Source: an uncultured Gammaproteobacteria bacterium
GTDB lineage: Bacteria; Patescibacteriota; Patescibacteriia; VMEV01; CAYQCH01
DNA: 64,000 bases
Direction of reading: 5' to 3'
NCBI GenBank assembly: GCA_964503955.1
Contig: CAZDCG010000002.1
Location: 77,047 to 141,046 of the forward strand
The position numbers were made by a program, and so were the translations under genes. Under the pieces are notes generated by a model. That model was not told the DNA's origin. It saw only the letters and a program-made list of their open reading frames with translations, and made no database searches. Positions 1 through 10,059 of this stretch are shown in pieces (the first letter of the stretch is position 1; every line of letters starts with the position of its first letter).

Positions 1-405
1 GGCATCAGGCTGCTCATACATAATGACGCGTATCAGCTCACCACTTCGCCGGAAAACGCGCAGTTGATCGAACAGGTCTTTGCGGCCGAAATGAGCGGAG
101 AATTGACAAAGCCGGCGCTGGAAACCCTCACCATCATCGCGTATCGCGGCCCCATTTCCAAACCAGAACTTGAACTCATTCGCGGTGTCAACTGCAGCTT
201 GATCCTGCGCAATTTAATGATGCGCGGCCTGGTTGTTGAGGAGCAGGGGAAAGAGGACTTTCTGCCGGTGTATTCCGCATCCGGTGAATTCCTGCAGTAT
301 CTGGGGTTTTCTTCCGTGAAGGAATTACCGCAATTTGAAGAGCTTTCAAGCCACCAGCTGCTTGAAGAATTGCTTAAACAACGTACGCAGAATCAAGCTT
401 CATAA
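1..405 (+). CDS. scpB: SMC-Scp complex subunit ScpB (5' end outside window)
   Basis: Frame is open from position 1. Carries the ScpB motif LTKPALETLTIIAYRGPI..PELELIRGVNC..ILRNL..RGLV..FLQYLG....ELP. Confidence 0.93.
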   Translation, partial: GIRLLIHNDAYQLTTSPENAQLIEQVFAAEMSGELTKPALETLTIIAYRGPISKPELELIRGVNCSLILRNLMMRGLVVEEQGKEDFLPVYSASGEFLQYLGFSSVKELPQFEELSSHQLLEELLKQRTQNQAS

Positions 406-407
406 GT

Positions 408-1400
408 ATGCTGCTCTCCCTCATCCTTCAAACGTTCCTGCTAACGAGCTTTCAGCCGAATTCCGGCGGACACGCTTCTTCGATGCCCATGGTTGTTTCC
501 GCTTCCGTTCCTTTGCAGCCGCAATATGAAACGATCGAGGCGGTGGATGAAGTCACCGGCCAGCGCTTCGCGCATACGTTGCCAAGGGTTGAAGACACAG
601 GTTTTGGACCAAAGCGCCTTGATCCCGACAGTCTGGGTATCCTGACTTCCGCGTCCAGCGCTTTGGTGCTTGATCGGCGAACATCGCAGATTCTTTTTGC
701 CAAGGAGGCAGAGAGGGTGCGGCCGATCGCAAGCATGACCAAGCTGATGACAGTCTACACCCTCATGCGGGAGGGAATTGCATTTGATGAAACGCTGACA
801 ATTCAGCCTTCGGATTTTCGTCTTGGCGGCAGAATCAACCTGTTTACCGGAGAAACATTCTTGGTGCAGGATGTCTGGATGGCTGCTTTGATCGCGTCGG
901 ATAATCTTGCTATCGCCGCGCTGGTAAGGCATGCGGGTTACGATGAACCTGAATTCGTCGAAAAAATGAATCAGTATGCCAAAGAACTTGGGATGACGCA
1001 TTCACGATTTGTGGAGCCCACAGGTATTGACCGAGGGAATGTTTCAACCGCCTCTGATTTGGCAAAAATTCTTGATATAACCATGCAGATTCCTGAAATC
1101 GCTGACGCGCTCAGGCGGCCTGTGTATACCTTCAAGCCGGTCAATAAAGATGTCGAAAGAAAAGTCATCAATACGAATGAATTGCTTGGTTCTTTCGTAG
1201 ACACGGGTGCTCAAACCATTCTTGGCGGCAAAACAGGTTTTACCTATGAAGCCGGCTACTGTCTAGGGGTTGTTGCCGATGGCCCGCAGAATAATGATGA
1301 AATCATCGTGGTGGCATTGGGCGCGGATACGATTGATCAACGATTCCTTGACGTGAAAGGACTTATTGAATGGGCGTATCGAACCTATCAGTGGCAATAA
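408..1400 (+). CDS. D-alanyl-D-alanine carboxypeptidase, peptidase S11 family
   Basis: Has SxxK (IASMTK), SxN (SDN) and KTG (GGKTGFT) motifs and an N-terminal hydrophobic signal. Confidence 0.9.
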   Translation: MLLSLILQTFLLTSFQPNSGGHASSMPMVVSASVPLQPQYETIEAVDEVTGQRFAHTLPRVEDTGFGPKRLDPDSLGILTSASSALVLDRRTSQILFAKEAERVRPIASMTKLMTVYTLMREGIAFDETLTIQPSDFRLGGRINLFTGETFLVQDVWMAALIASDNLAIAALVRHAGYDEPEFVEKMNQYAKELGMTHSRFVEPTGIDRGNVSTASDLAKILDITMQIPEIADALRRPVYTFKPVNKDVERKVINTNELLGSFVDTGAQTILGGKTGFTYEAGYCLGVVADGPQNNDEIIVVALGADTIDQRFLDVKGLIEWAYRTYQWQ

Positions 1401-1402
1401 AC

Positions 1403-1894
1403 ATGACGGACGCATTACTACAACTTCTTGGTGGGATCCCTCCTCTGCTGGCGGTTTTTCTTCTTGCGGCTGTTCCTGTCATTGAGGTGCGAGGCGCGAT
1501 TCCGGTGGGGCTTGGGATTTATCAGCTGCCGCTTTGGCAATTATTTGCCGTTGTAACAGCAGGCAATATCCTGCCTGCCTTGTTCATCCTGTATGGATGG
1601 GATGCCTTCGTGCGATTCCTTTCAACACATTGGTCGACTCTGGAGCAGCTGCTGCAGAAGTGGTACTTGAAAACGCAGCTGAAGTGGGATGCCAAAATCG
1701 AAAAATACGGTCCTTGGGCTCTGGTGCTTTTTGTCGCGGTGCCGCTTCCCGGATCCGGTGTCTGGAGCGGGGCATTGGCGGCCTGGATCTTTGGACTTGA
1801 AAAGAAAAAAGCCTTGCTGTCGATATTGATGGGCTCCGTGCTTTCCTCAATTCTCATCTATTTGCTTACCGTAACAGGCTTGCAGATTCTTTGA
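1403..1894 (+). CDS. COG2426 / putative small multidrug export family membrane protein
   Basis: Motifs PVIEVRGAIP, GN.LP and FVAVPLPGSGVWSGAL. ATG at 1403 follows the previous stop. Confidence 0.8.
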   Translation: MTDALLQLLGGIPPLLAVFLLAAVPVIEVRGAIPVGLGIYQLPLWQLFAVVTAGNILPALFILYGWDAFVRFLSTHWSTLEQLLQKWYLKTQLKWDAKIEKYGPWALVLFVAVPLPGSGVWSGALAAWIFGLEKKKALLSILMGSVLSSILIYLLTVTGLQIL

Positions 1895-1897
1895 TTT

Positions 1898-2653
1898 ATG
1901 CGTAAGATGGTCGCCAACTGGAAAATGTACCTGACCATTCAGGAAAGCAGGGAATTAGCCGCGCTTTTGCGGGATTGGCTTGCAAAAACGCCTTGCCCGG
2001 GTGTTGATCTGATTGTCTGTCCAAGCACGCTGGCCATCCACGATGTCCGCCAGCAGCTTGGCAATGCCAGGGTCAAACTCGGACTTCAGGAGATCTCGCT
2101 TTCAAAGGAGCTCGGCGCGTTCACCGGCCAGCAGAGCGCGCAGCAGGCTGTTGAGGTGGGGGTGACGCATGCCTTAACCGGGCATTCTGAAATGAGAGAA
2201 TTCTTTGACATCTCCGACGAGCATGTTGCCCGCCAGGTCCACGCGGCGCTTGCCCACGATCTGGTTCCTATTATCTGCGTTGGTGAAACAAAGAGCGAGT
2301 ACGATCAGCGTTTGTCTGAGAAGGTGGTCATCAACCAGCTGAAAACTATTCTGGGGCAGGTCGCGCATACCGAGAAAGAGCTGCTGATCGCCTACGAACC
2401 ACGATGGGCGATTGGCGCGGGCAAGCCGCTTGAACCCTCGCAAGCTGCAGCGCTCTGCGTGACGATTCAAGATACGGTGAAGGAACTTGGTTTGGGCAAT
2501 GCCTCGGTATTGTATGGTGGCAGTATTTCTGCGGAAACCATCCCGGCATTTTTGGAGCAAACGGCTTATCAAGGATTTCTCGTTGGTTCCGCCGGCGCGA
2601 AAGTGGAATCGCTCGCCAAACTTCTGCACGTTTTAGAACAATCGGTTTGTTAA
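1898..2653 (+). CDS. tpiA: Triosephosphate isomerase
   Basis: Motifs NWKM, GHSE, AYEP.WAIG and LYGGS. Confidence 0.95.
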   Translation: MRKMVANWKMYLTIQESRELAALLRDWLAKTPCPGVDLIVCPSTLAIHDVRQQLGNARVKLGLQEISLSKELGAFTGQQSAQQAVEVGVTHALTGHSEMREFFDISDEHVARQVHAALAHDLVPIICVGETKSEYDQRLSEKVVINQLKTILGQVAHTEKELLIAYEPRWAIGAGKPLEPSQAAALCVTIQDTVKELGLGNASVLYGGSISAETIPAFLEQTAYQGFLVGSAGAKVESLAKLLHVLEQSVC

Positions 2654-2657
2654 TTTT

Positions 2658-3500
2658 ATGATCGCATTTTTTCTTCCTTTAGTACTCATCCTCTTCGGAA
2701 TCGTTTTGCTGACCGTGATTATTGTCCGTCATTTCCCGCAGGCTGCTTCCATTGATCTTGAAAGTCTGCCGGCTGAGCAGGAAGCTGCCATGAAAGCCGC
2801 GTTGATGGAGCGCCGTCTCAAGCGCAAGCTCATGAATTTCAAAAATCGTCTGGTGCCGGCGTTTCGAAGAATCGGGCAATGGTTTCAAAAGCGGGGGAAA
2901 AATTTCCATGCTCGTATCGCGCAAATGGAACAAAAATACCGCCAGCGTCCGAAAGCACTGACAGCCGAGCAGCAGGAAGAAGTACGCCAGAAAATCCGCG
3001 CGCTTGTTCAGTCGGCTTCAGAGCATGCGGCCCAGGAACAATGGTCGGAAGCGGAGAATAAATATATCGAAGTGCTAAGCTGGGATCCAAAAAACATTGA
3101 CGCCTATTTTGGATTGGCGGAAGTGTTTCTCTCCCGCAAGCAATTCCAGCAGGCGGGTGAAACATTTGCCTATCTGCTTAAGCTTGTTTCCATGCAGGAA
3201 TCCGGAGAGGATTTGCCTTCAGCATTTTCATCGGCCAGTACGTCTTCCCAGATCACCGAAGCGCACTATGATTATGCCGTGACCTTGCAAATTCTTCAGA
3301 AATTGCAAGAAGCCAAAAAGCAGATCAATATCGCTATTTCAAGAGATCCGAATAATCCAAAATACCTTGACAAAGCTGTAGAACTTAGTATTCTTTTAGA
3401 AGATAAGGCTGGCGCAAAAGAATTGCTAGAGCGGCTTACGGAAGTAAACCCGGAAAATCAGAAGCTTGAGACGCTCAAAGAGCAGGTCAGCCAGCTCTAA
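2658..3500 (+). CDS. Membrane-anchored TPR-repeat protein
   Basis: N-terminal TM helix followed by TPR-like repeats (DPKNIDAYFGLAEV, DPNNPKYL, NPEN). Confidence 0.75.
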   Translation: MIAFFLPLVLILFGIVLLTVIIVRHFPQAASIDLESLPAEQEAAMKAALMERRLKRKLMNFKNRLVPAFRRIGQWFQKRGKNFHARIAQMEQKYRQRPKALTAEQQEEVRQKIRALVQSASEHAAQEQWSEAENKYIEVLSWDPKNIDAYFGLAEVFLSRKQFQQAGETFAYLLKLVSMQESGEDLPSAFSSASTSSQITEAHYDYAVTLQILQKLQEAKKQINIAISRDPNNPKYLDKAVELSILLEDKAGAKELLERLTEVNPENQKLETLKEQVSQL

Positions 3501-3554
3501 CTCCGTTCAAGGCATGGTCCTGACGGATTTTTGTTTCTCCGCCATTCAGTAGTT

Positions 3555-3574
3555 TCTTTGGAGCCGTTGTAGCT
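3555..3574 (+). repeat. Duplicate of the tRNA-Thr leader and 5' end
   Basis: TCTTTGGAGCCGTTGTAGCT is identical to 3646-3665. Confidence 0.85.
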
Positions 3575-3653
3575 TCCTCCTCCGCTCCGCTTCGGTGGAC
3601 ACGGCAGGGGTGCTTGCCCGCCGGCGCTATTTTCCATCAGTAACATCTTTGGA

Positions 3654-3728
<75 letters not shown>

Positions 3729-3745
3729 AAGATGGTACATAAAAT

Positions 3746-3812
3746 ACCGTTGCGCGGCGGGGAGCACTTCCATAGTAAGCCCGCCCGCCGCAGCATCTCC
3801 CCAACGGCTCCA
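3746..3812 (+). pseudogene. Degenerate tRNA-Thr copy (D and T arms replaced by a GC-rich inverted repeat)
   Basis: ACCGTTG...GAGCACTTCCATAGTAAG...ATCTCCCCAACGGCTCCA match the tRNA. The last 19 bp (3795-3813) equal 3711-3729. Confidence 0.7.
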
Positions 3813-3917
3813 AGGAAAGTATGGATGAAACCACCGCGTCTTGATCAGGCGCTTTTTTGTTACAGAAGTGACTGGTATGATCTATTTGAACGAGTGATCC
3901 GCTTATCTTCATCATGT

Positions 3918-4895
3918 ATGCAGTATCCACCCACGCTCTCGCAGTATTTGCTCAGCCAGCTTGCAGAAAATCCTGAATGCCACCAGTTGGCGCTGATTAT
4001 GCAGGACTTGGCTGTGATCGGCAAACTAATTTCAGCGCAGATCAATAAAGCCGGGCTGCTCAATATTCTTGGTGCAGCGGGACTGACGAATATTCAAGGC
4101 GAACAGGTGCAGAAACTGGATGTGCTTGCCAATACGCTCTGCAGAACATATTTGAGCCGGACGGGACATTTTGCCGCCATGGCTTCTGAAGAAGAGGAAA
4201 TGCTTGTCGAGCTTGGCGAAATGGGCAAAGATGCGAAATACGTGATCGCCTTTGACCCGCTTGACGGCTCCAGCAATATCGACGTGAATGTCAGCATTGG
4301 CACGATCTTCTCCGTTCTCAGGCGAAGGATCGACATTGATCGGTCAGACGAGCGCCAATTCCAGCAAAAGGGAAGCGAACAGGTGCTTGCCGGGTATATC
4401 CTTTATGGATCAAGCACGGTTTTGGTTTTTTCCTTTGGCGACGGAGTCCATGAGTTCACGCTTGATCAGTCTCTTGGCGAGTTTTTTCTCTCGCATGAAC
4501 GTATTCAGATGCCTGATACCTGCGCGTATCTGAGCATCAATGAAATTAATCTGCCGCAGACTACTCAAGACATCAGAGATTTCGTGGAGCAGGTTAAGCG
4601 CGAGCATGAACCCCGTTGCCGCTATATCGGCTCGCTTGTGGCGGATTTTCATCGCAATCTTAAAAAGGGCGGTGTCTTTTTGTATCCATCCGTCGACGAA
4701 AGGGGAACTGGTGGGTACAAGGCCAAGCTGCGCCTGAATTATGAAGCAAAACCCATGGCCTTTTTGCTGGCTCAGGCAGGAGGATACTCAACAAACGGAC
4801 AACATGATATTCTTGATTTAGAAGGAGAATCCCTGCATCAAAGGGTACCGTTGATATTTGGAAATAAAGGTATTGTTAAGCTTTTAGAGATATAA
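3918..4895 (+). CDS. fbp: Fructose-1,6-bisphosphatase class I
   Basis: Motifs NIQGEQVQKLD, ASEE, FDPLDGSSN.DVN.S.GTIF, RYIGSLVADFHR and KLRL.YE. True start taken as ATG 3918 because the longer ORF overlaps the tRNA. Confidence 0.93.
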   Translation: MQYPPTLSQYLLSQLAENPECHQLALIMQDLAVIGKLISAQINKAGLLNILGAAGLTNIQGEQVQKLDVLANTLCRTYLSRTGHFAAMASEEEEMLVELGEMGKDAKYVIAFDPLDGSSNIDVNVSIGTIFSVLRRRIDIDRSDERQFQQKGSEQVLAGYILYGSSTVLVFSFGDGVHEFTLDQSLGEFFLSHERIQMPDTCAYLSINEINLPQTTQDIRDFVEQVKREHEPRCRYIGSLVADFHRNLKKGGVFLYPSVDERGTGGYKAKLRLNYEAKPMAFLLAQAGGYSTNGQHDILDLEGESLHQRVPLIFGNKGIVKLLEI

Positions 4896-4990
4896 CGGAC
4901 GCACAGGCCCCAACATCTCATAGACGTTTAAACATGTCTGTGAGCTCGCCTTTCGGCGGCAGGTCTGGCACGTCTGCGAATCTTGCCCCT

Positions 4991-6007
4991 ATGAATACAG
5001 AGTATTTGCGCAACGTTGCCAAACAGCTCGTTGCTTCCGGCAAAGGAATTCTTGCGATCGATGAGAGTTTTCGCACCAGTGAAAAACGTTTTCTTGCGTC
5101 CGGCGTGGAACATACGGAAGAAAACCGCCGCTTATACCGCCAGCTTTTGGTCACTGCTCCTGAGATCGAAAACTATGTGAGCGGTTATATTCTCTTTGAC
5201 GAAACGATTCGACAACAAACAGATGCAGGCATTCCTTTTCCGGCTGTCTTGTCGGAAAAAGGGATTTTGACAGGGATAAAGGTGGATACAGGAGCAGTAG
5301 ATTTTGACAGTCATCCGGGAGAGAAAATCACAACAGGTCTTGACGGACTTGAATCAAGGCTGGGTGAATACAAGACCCTTGGTGCTTCTTTTGCCAAGTG
5401 GAGAGCCGTCATTTCCATTGGGGAGCATATCCCCTCAGAAGAATGTCTTCTTGCCAATGCGCAGGCATTAGCCGAGTATGCGGCCGCATGCCAGCAGGCT
5501 GATATCGTGCCGATTGTCGAGCCCGAGGTGCTCATGGACGGGGATCACGCAATTGAACGATGTTATGAAGTAACCGCGCGCAATTTCGATATCTTGTTTT
5601 CGACATTGAGCGAATACGACATTGATCTGCCAGGGATGCTGCTGAAAACAAGCATGGTTGTGTCTGGCGCAGATGCTTCAAGCCGGGCCGGCATCACAGA
5701 AGTGGCCGAGCAAACAGTTGATTGTCTGAAGAAACATGTTCCAGAAGAACTTGCGGGAGTGGTCTTTCTGTCCGGAGGGCAGGGTGACGTGGAAGCAACA
5801 GCCCATCTGCAAGCAATGGCAGAAATCGGAGGCTTGCCATGGCCTCTAAGCTTCTCCTACGGGCGCGCGATCCAGAATCCTGCCATGGAATTATGGTCAA
5901 AAGACCCTCAAAACACACAGGCTGCGCAGGCTGCTTTGCTGCATCGCGCGAAAATGAACTCACTTGCCGCGCAAGGCAAATATTCCCAGGGTTTGGAAAA
6001 CGCGTAA
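4991..6007 (+). CDS. Fructose-bisphosphate aldolase class I (eukaryote-like type)
   Basis: Motifs GKGILA.DES, GIKVD.G, FAKWR, VPIVEPEVLMDGDH, LLK.SMV, FLSGGQ and SFSYGRA.Q. Confidence 0.93.
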   Translation: MNTEYLRNVAKQLVASGKGILAIDESFRTSEKRFLASGVEHTEENRRLYRQLLVTAPEIENYVSGYILFDETIRQQTDAGIPFPAVLSEKGILTGIKVDTGAVDFDSHPGEKITTGLDGLESRLGEYKTLGASFAKWRAVISIGEHIPSEECLLANAQALAEYAAACQQADIVPIVEPEVLMDGDHAIERCYEVTARNFDILFSTLSEYDIDLPGMLLKTSMVVSGADASSRAGITEVAEQTVDCLKKHVPEELAGVVFLSGGQGDVEATAHLQAMAEIGGLPWPLSFSYGRAIQNPAMELWSKDPQNTQAAQAALLHRAKMNSLAAQGKYSQGLENA

Positions 6008-6059
6008 GATCAATCCGCCTGATCCGTTACATAGATGTGAACCTTTTTTACATCTATTT

Positions 6060-7493
6060 ATGTCGAAAAAAACGAATATTTTACTGCTTGTAAGCTCGCT
6101 TGCGGCGGGGATTTTAAGCGATTGGTTTTTTATTCATCATTACTACGGCATTTCCGTGCCGCTTTTTATTTTATTTTTGTATAGTTCCTTTTTCCTGATC
6201 TTGGGAGAAAAAATCCGCTATCGGCAAAAAAGCGCCTGGTTATTTGCCGCCAGCACCATGCTCATTTCTCTGAATTTTTTTCTCTACGAAAATGAAGGAT
6301 TGCAGAGCATAAACCACCTTGTCGTTCCATTTTTGTTCGCCGTATCGCTTTTACTGTTCACCGGACATTCGCTTCTCAGCTGGTATCGAGCAGGCATGCT
6401 CATTCAGGTAATCCAAACGGCCGTTGAAGCAGTCATTGGCGTCAAACAGCCTTTCGCTTTTCTCGCAAGCTTATCATTTGGGAAAACAGGGAATCATATT
6501 TTTGCCGCAGCAAAGGCTTTGCTGATCAGTCTGCCGGTGGTTGGATTGGTTATTGCTCTGCTGATCAGGGCTGATCTTAAATTCAGAGGATTTTTCCAGT
6601 CCTGGGGCCAATGGTTTGAGCGCATAGAGCTTGGAACGCATATGCTTGATCTGTTTGTTGTCGCCTTCATTGCGCTTGCAACAGCAAGTTTCTTTTTTCT
6701 GCTGGCAACTAGACAGCCGGCAGACGATGCGCCAGGAAAAACGTGGCAAAATAACAGCCTCGTTGCGATCACATTGTTAACGATGCTTGTCATTGTCTAC
6801 GGGTTCTTTGTGGCAGTGCAGTTTGCGTACCTCTTCGGCGGAGATTCGGGAGTATTTCTTGAGACATATACCTATGCCGAATACGCGAGAAAAGGCTTCT
6901 TTGAACTCATTGGCGTGGGGTTGATCAATCTAGCAGTGGCGCTTGCAATCGCCTCAATGAAACCGCATCAAAGCCGTGCCGTGCAGAGCGTGCAAGCGGG
7001 ATTGCTTGGGTGTATGATTGCGTTCAGTTTCATCATCCTTGCATCCGCCCATATGCGCTTAAGTCTCTATGAACAGGCCTACGGCTTTACGTATGATCGA
7101 GTCTACGCGCATCTGATTATTGTTTTGCTTGCGATTTTGTTTACTTTTGCATTTGCGGCACTCTTTTACAAAAGAATCCTGTTGCAGAGGGAAATTGTCG
7201 CTGCGTCTTTGTGCATGCTGGTAGTAGTTAATCTTCTTCCATTAGGCCAATACATCGCGCAAAAAAACGTGAATCACTACGAGCAGAGTGGCAAGATAGA
7301 TTTTTCGTATCTCAGCCGCTTGCGGGCAGACGCATTGCCTGCAGTAAGCATTTTGGAACAGAGCGGAGCGCAAGAAGAAGTGAAAAAGCTGTATGATAAC
7401 ATGCACGCGCGATTAGAAAAAGATCAGTATCAAGGAGTGCCAGCCTTTAATCTTTCCCGTTTCAAAGCGAAGAACATCATAAGCGAACGATGA
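6060..7493 (+). CDS. DUF4153/DUF4173-type polytopic membrane protein
   Basis: Many TM helices and motifs QFAYLFGG, TYAEYARKGFFEL, RLSLYEQAYGFT..R and KID..YL..L.ADA.P. Confidence 0.8.
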   Translation: MSKKTNILLLVSSLAAGILSDWFFIHHYYGISVPLFILFLYSSFFLILGEKIRYRQKSAWLFAASTMLISLNFFLYENEGLQSINHLVVPFLFAVSLLLFTGHSLLSWYRAGMLIQVIQTAVEAVIGVKQPFAFLASLSFGKTGNHIFAAAKALLISLPVVGLVIALLIRADLKFRGFFQSWGQWFERIELGTHMLDLFVVAFIALATASFFFLLATRQPADDAPGKTWQNNSLVAITLLTMLVIVYGFFVAVQFAYLFGGDSGVFLETYTYAEYARKGFFELIGVGLINLAVALAIASMKPHQSRAVQSVQAGLLGCMIAFSFIILASAHMRLSLYEQAYGFTYDRVYAHLIIVLLAILFTFAFAALFYKRILLQREIVAASLCMLVVVNLLPLGQYIAQKNVNHYEQSGKIDFSYLSRLRADALPAVSILEQSGAQEEVKKLYDNMHARLEKDQYQGVPAFNLSRFKAKNIISER

Positions 7494-7559
7494 TGTTCAA
7501 TTGTCCACTTGCGGTAACTTTGTTCTCCTGAGAAAATAAATCCATAGAACGGAGGGGGC

Positions 7560-8126
7560 GTGGAGATAACTGATTTGCCGGATCCGATCGATGAGTTTGC
7601 CCGGCAGAATTGCTGGACGGCGCGTCGATGCAGGCTTGCATTCGAGATTCACCTGAAGCTCGAGCGTTTCGAGCACCTGATCAGGTACATGCTTGAGATG
7701 CCGATCTCGGAAATTGCGGCTGTTTCACCGTATCTTGCGCAGCAAGACATGCGGGGGGAGATCAAGCTTAGCAATTATGCGAAATTTGCGCCGGCAGGAG
7801 CGATGTTTCGCGAATGCCGGAGCGTGGCGTTTTTTTCTCGGCTGTGCAACTACCCACGATTGTTACTCACTCCGCACGGGAGTGAGCGGCTGTTCTATAT
7901 CCACGGTACGCTTTCGCCAAAGCATGGCATGGTCTGGGATTGGCGAGCGGTAGACCGGCTTGAGGAGAAGATTCACCGGGCTGCTGTCATGGTGATGCGG
8001 TGCAGCGTGAATTCTTTCCTTGAGCAGGATTTGATGTATTACCTTGGTTTGATGCGAGGGGCGAACTGTGCCGCTTCCACCATGAATCTTGGCGCGGGGC
8101 AGGGCAGCAATGCTTTTGTCCCGTAA
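7560..8126 (+). CDS. Hypothetical orphan protein
   Basis: 188-aa ORF with GTG start preceded by GGAGGGGG. No recognised motif. Confidence 0.55.
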   Translation: MEITDLPDPIDEFARQNCWTARRCRLAFEIHLKLERFEHLIRYMLEMPISEIAAVSPYLAQQDMRGEIKLSNYAKFAPAGAMFRECRSVAFFSRLCNYPRLLLTPHGSERLFYIHGTLSPKHGMVWDWRAVDRLEEKIHRAAVMVMRCSVNSFLEQDLMYYLGLMRGANCAASTMNLGAGQGSNAFVP

Positions 8127-8180
8127 CCGCAGAGACTGGCTCTGCGGACTTCCTTCGCCAGAGGGGAGGAGAGAAGTACA

Positions 8181-8209
8181 TAAAATCCCGCTGCTGAGGC
8201 GGGATTTTA
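8181..8209. terminator. Bidirectional terminator hairpin between convergent genes
   Basis: TAAAATCCCGC-tgctgag-GCGGGATTTTA. Confidence 0.75.
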
Positions 8210-9199
8210 TGCTGGAATGGCTTGCAGGATGCTGCGTATCTCATCCGGGCTTTGGGTGCGCACAAGCTGGGCGCGCATCGCGCTTGCATGCGGGTGGCCT
8301 TTGATATACCAGCCGAGATGTTTTCGCAGTTCAAGCAGACCATGATTACCCTTGGAGGTGAAAATACGCTCGGTATGCTGCAGGATAATGCCGCGGATCG
8401 TCAGCCAGTCCGGCTCCTGGTATGATCCTGTATTCAAATAGTCTTTGATCTGCTGGAGCAGCCATGGTTTGCCCATCACGCCTCGGCCGATGCCGACTCC
8501 GTCCACGCCGGTTTTTTCAAGCAGCTCTTTGGCAATCTCAGGCGTTGTGATGCCGCCGTTCACAAGGACAATCCGGTCGCCAACGAGCTCCTTGACGCGC
8601 TTGATCTGATCAATATCCAGCTCGCCTTGAAAACCTTGCTCATAGGTTCGGCCGTGGATCATGACGGCGGAGAAGGGGAGATCCTGGATATGTTCGATCA
8701 TTCTATCAGCGGTCATTTTGTCCACTCCGCAAGCGCCGGATTCCTGGTCTTCCACCTTCATATTGATACCGGCGCGGATTTTGAGCGAAACAGGGATGTT
8801 TTTTACCCCCTCTAGCGTTGCTTCCACGATGGCGCGCACTCTATCCAAATCCGTCATCAGCTTGACGCCTGATCCATGTTTGACCACGCGCTTTGACGGG
8901 CAGCCAAAGTTGATATCAACACCGTCCGCGCCCATTTGCTCGACTACGCCGGCGGCATGTTTGAACATTTCGGGTTCTTTTCCAAAAATCTGACAAACAT
9001 AAGGCCGCTGCGCTTCTTCATAGGCCATTTGCGGCTTCATGCGATCAAGCGCGTGGTAAATGCCGTCAACAGAAACAAATTCCGAATACACAATATCCGC
9101 GCCGCATTGTTTGAGAATGCCGCGAAACGCATTGTCCGTCACGCCGTCCATTGGAGCAACGGCGATAATCGGTTTTTTGAGCGTGTTCCAGAAATTCAT
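8207..9199 (-). CDS. dusB: tRNA-dihydrouridine synthase (DusB-like)
   Basis: Motifs APMDGVTD..FR, QIFG, DINFGCP, GSG..LM, K.R.G, IHGRT, NGGI, GRG..G.PW and RKHLGWY.KG. Confidence 0.9.
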   Translation of the reverse strand: MNFWNTLKKPIIAVAPMDGVTDNAFRGILKQCGADIVYSEFVSVDGIYHALDRMKPQMAYEEAQRPYVCQIFGKEPEMFKHAAGVVEQMGADGVDINFGCPSKRVVKHGSGVKLMTDLDRVRAIVEATLEGVKNIPVSLKIRAGINMKVEDQESGACGVDKMTADRMIEHIQDLPFSAVMIHGRTYEQGFQGELDIDQIKRVKELVGDRIVLVNGGITTPEIAKELLEKTGVDGVGIGRGVMGKPWLLQQIKDYLNTGSYQEPDWLTIRGIILQHTERIFTSKGNHGLLELRKHLGWYIKGHPHASAMRAQLVRTQSPDEIRSILQAIPA

Positions 9200-9208
9200 A
9201 GTCAGAAT

Positions 9209-9237
9209 AATATACTGATTTCTTAGTGGTCAGTCAA
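9209..9237 (-). promoter_or_regulatory. Sigma70 promoter of dus giving a near-leaderless transcript
   Basis: TTGACT-17-TATATT on the minus strand. The -10 box ends 9 nt before the ATG. Confidence 0.65.
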
Positions 9238-9299
9238 CAGGCTTGGACAGGTTCTTGACAGGCGGTCTGTTCCGATAAAGACTTGCTGTGGAGGTCATC

Positions 9300-9587
9300 A
9301 TGAATTCTCAGGATCTGATCGCACTGGCCAGAAGGCGGCCTTGTACCTACTGCGGAGGGGATAGAGAGGAGGCGGTCCGGTACTTGAACGAATACCAGCA
9401 AGGAGAGCGGGTATCTGATGAGCTCGCCCGTTCAATCACCATCATTCGCCTGAAGGATGGAACTGAAGAAGCTTTTTTGAACGGTGAAGACATGCGTGCT
9501 CAGCAGCTGCGCAGAAGCCCTGCGTTCCTGTTCAGCGCGATCCATCGCATACATCCCGATGATTTGCTTCATACGGAACAAATCTGA
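9300..9587 (+). CDS. Hypothetical orphan protein with CxxC
   Basis: GGAGGT SD 4 nt before ATG 9300, TTGACA at 9255, motif CTYCGG, and a hairpin at about 9600-9645. Confidence 0.55.
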   Translation: MNSQDLIALARRRPCTYCGGDREEAVRYLNEYQQGERVSDELARSITIIRLKDGTEEAFLNGEDMRAQQLRRSPAFLFSAIHRIHPDDLLHTEQI

Positions 9588-9678
9588 GGTCTCCAATAAA
9601 AAGCCCGGGAGTTTGCCGTCTTTTCGACGAAGTATTCCCGGGTCTTCCTGTTTATGAGTTCCGTGACAGCAAAGGAAT

Positions 9679-10056
9679 CTATGCGATCTTTTTCCTCAAA
9701 ACCTTCTCCATCGTTTTTCCTTTCGCCAGTTCATCTATCAGCTTATCCAAATAGCGGATTTCGCGCATGAGGGGGTCTTTGATCTCTTCGATTCGAACGC
9801 CGCAAATCACGCCTGTGATGAATGATCGAGAAGGGTTTAGCTTTGGAGCTTTGGCAAAGAAGGTTTCAAAATCCGTTTCTTTCCTGATCTGTGATTCCAG
9901 ACCTTTCTGGGTATAGCCCGTCAACCATTTGATAATTTCATCCACTTCCTTTTTGGTGCGTCCTTTCTTTTCCGCTTTGGCAACATAGTGAGGGTAAACG
10001 CTTGCAAAGCTCATGGAGTAAATGCGATGCTTGGTCCCTGCCTTTTGATCCTTCAT
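9679..10056 (-). CDS. DUF2200 family protein
   Basis: Motifs [28 protein letters not shown] and [27 protein letters not shown]. Confidence 0.9.
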   Translation of the reverse strand: MKDQKAGTKHRIYSMSFASVYPHYVAKAEKKGRTKKEVDEIIKWLTGYTQKGLESQIRKETDFETFFAKAPKLNPSRSFITGVICGVRIEEIKDPLMREIRYLDKLIDELAKGKTMEKVLRKKIA

Positions 10057-10059
10057 AAC